DNA from: a virus
Lineage: Duplodnaviria > Caudoviricetes
Length of the DNA: 57,903 nt
Reading direction: 5' to 3' (one strand)
Virus record (IMG/VR): IMGVR_UViG_3300017828_000001
Location: 1-57,903 of that record
Under the pieces are notes generated by a model. The model ran no database searches. It was given only the letters and a program-made list of their open reading frames with translations, and had not been told where the DNA came from. Below are positions 56,935 to 57,903 of this stretch, piece by piece. A program made the translations under genes and the position numbers. The first letter of the stretch is position 1. Every line of letters begins with the position of its first letter.

Positions 56935-57255
56935 ATGGTTTCAAAAACCAAGACGACGGAAATCGTTGAAGAGGCTGTAGCTGACACCGTTGAGGAAAAT
57001 GTGTACTTTAACGGTAATCGCGTAGCCGTGTACGGTAAATACCACGATGATGAACGAAGTGCTGATCAAGAAGACTTCTTAGCCGCGCTTGACTTGGTTG
57101 AAAATGGAGAGTTTAAAAGTGTGACAAGTGGTGGGTTGACTGTTGAAGACAGTGACCGCTACGATAATGAAGTGTTTGTCAAATATCGTGGCGGCGACGG
57201 TCGTCGGGCAACCAACTACGACGAGTTGCGTGAAGCGGCGGCTCTTGTTGATTGA
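56935..57255 (+). CDS. Hypothetical protein
   Basis: GTAACGTTTTTATA promoter upstream. Confidence 0.7.
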   Translation: MVSKTKTTEIVEEAVADTVEENVYFNGNRVAVYGKYHDDERSADQEDFLAALDLVENGEFKSVTSGGLTVEDSDRYDNEVFVKYRGGDGRRATNYDELREAAALVD

Positions 57256-57375
57256 ACGCCAGAAATCCTATTAGGAGGTTTTTTCAGTTATTTAATACTT
57301 TGTAGCCGTTACTACATAAGTGAATTTCACCACTACCGTAAAGTTTATACCATAATGGCCCGTTGACTGAATTGC

Positions 57376-57576
57376 ATGGCACTAACCAAAATCGCTGAAT
57401 CAATCAGCACGGTCGAAGACGTAACAGGCAAAGAAGCTCGCTGTATCGGCGCAACGATTTTCGTCAATGGGTCGATCAGTGACGAGGAAAAGACCAAAAT
57501 CCAACACGAACTCAACCCCAAAAATATCAAGGAAACAACCCTCGTTGGCCCAAAACGAACTGTTATCTCACTATAA
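57376..57576 (+). CDS. Hypothetical protein
   Basis: TTTATA element upstream. Confidence 0.55.
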   Translation: MALTKIAESISTVEDVTGKEARCIGATIFVNGSISDEEKTKIQHELNPKNIKETTLVGPKRTVISL

Positions 57577-57578
57577 CA

Positions 57579-57758
57579 ATGAAGAGCCAAGATGAAATGC
57601 AGATGACAAGCAAAGAACTGTTAGCTGGCGACACCGACGTTGACCATATCGTTTGTGGCGAGTGCGGTGACACCGACGTAACCTATAAACACTGTGATAG
57701 ACACCGAAGTTATTACGAGTGTTCCAACGGTCACTCTATCACAGTCCACGAGTATTAG
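57579..57758 (+). CDS. Small zinc-ribbon protein (59 aa)
   Basis: CGECG...YECSNGH. Confidence 0.6.
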   Translation: MKSQDEMQMTSKELLAGDTDVDHIVCGECGDTDVTYKHCDRHRSYYECSNGHSITVHEY

Positions 57759-57903
57759 GGCGTGAGTTCAAGAACTCACTCCCAAAATCCAAAATCGCAG
57801 ATTTTGTATTAGGTCGGTCTAATTTTCCAGAATTTCTATTAGGAGTTTATTTGTTTAGTATAACCTATCAGTGACTACATAAGTCAAAAATTACCATCGG
57901 TTA

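Noticed and set aside
1-57903. CRISPR array or mini-array
   Set aside because: No regularly spaced repeats and no haloarchaeal GTTTCAGAC-type repeat seen; the nuclease at 31246 lacks a Cas4 Cys cluster

Overview
The window looks like a near-complete genome of a haloarchaeal head-tailed virus with a contractile tail (myovirus morphotype). The proteins are very acidic, GC is moderate and the promoters are leaderless archaeal types. Layout: (1) 1-3.6 kb, an AT-rich, repeat-rich, largely non-coding end with structured-RNA candidates and an HNH gene. (2) 3.7-31.2 kb (+), a TFB-like factor and then the morphogenesis module: TerS, TerL, portal, an inserted mosaic adhesin cassette with a dead tyrosine recombinase, DUF2213-type protease/scaffold, MCP, neck, sheath, tube, -1 frameshifted tail chaperone, TMP, baseplate and fibre. 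(3) 31.2-54 kb (mostly -), replication and nucleotide genes: three PD-(D/E)XK nucleases, PolB with atypical catalytic motifs, a CX5R phosphatase, MazG, HD and DUF1599-like proteins, two LAGLIDADG homing endonucleases, a P-loop helicase-like ATPase and many small ORFs, most with their own BRE/TATA promoter. (4) 54.3-57.9 kb (+), small ORFs. Most notable observations: a recurrent ACTACTAA motif upstream of structural genes next to a viral TFB-like gene (candidate virus-specific late transcription system); an in-frame palindromic 18-bp repeat in the adhesin gene beside a recombinase pseudogene; a homing endonuclease inserted in a 33-codon zinc-ribbon minigene with a recoded duplicate of its 3' end; and several structured non-coding RNA candidates. 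All calls come from motif recognition by eye; no database searches were run.
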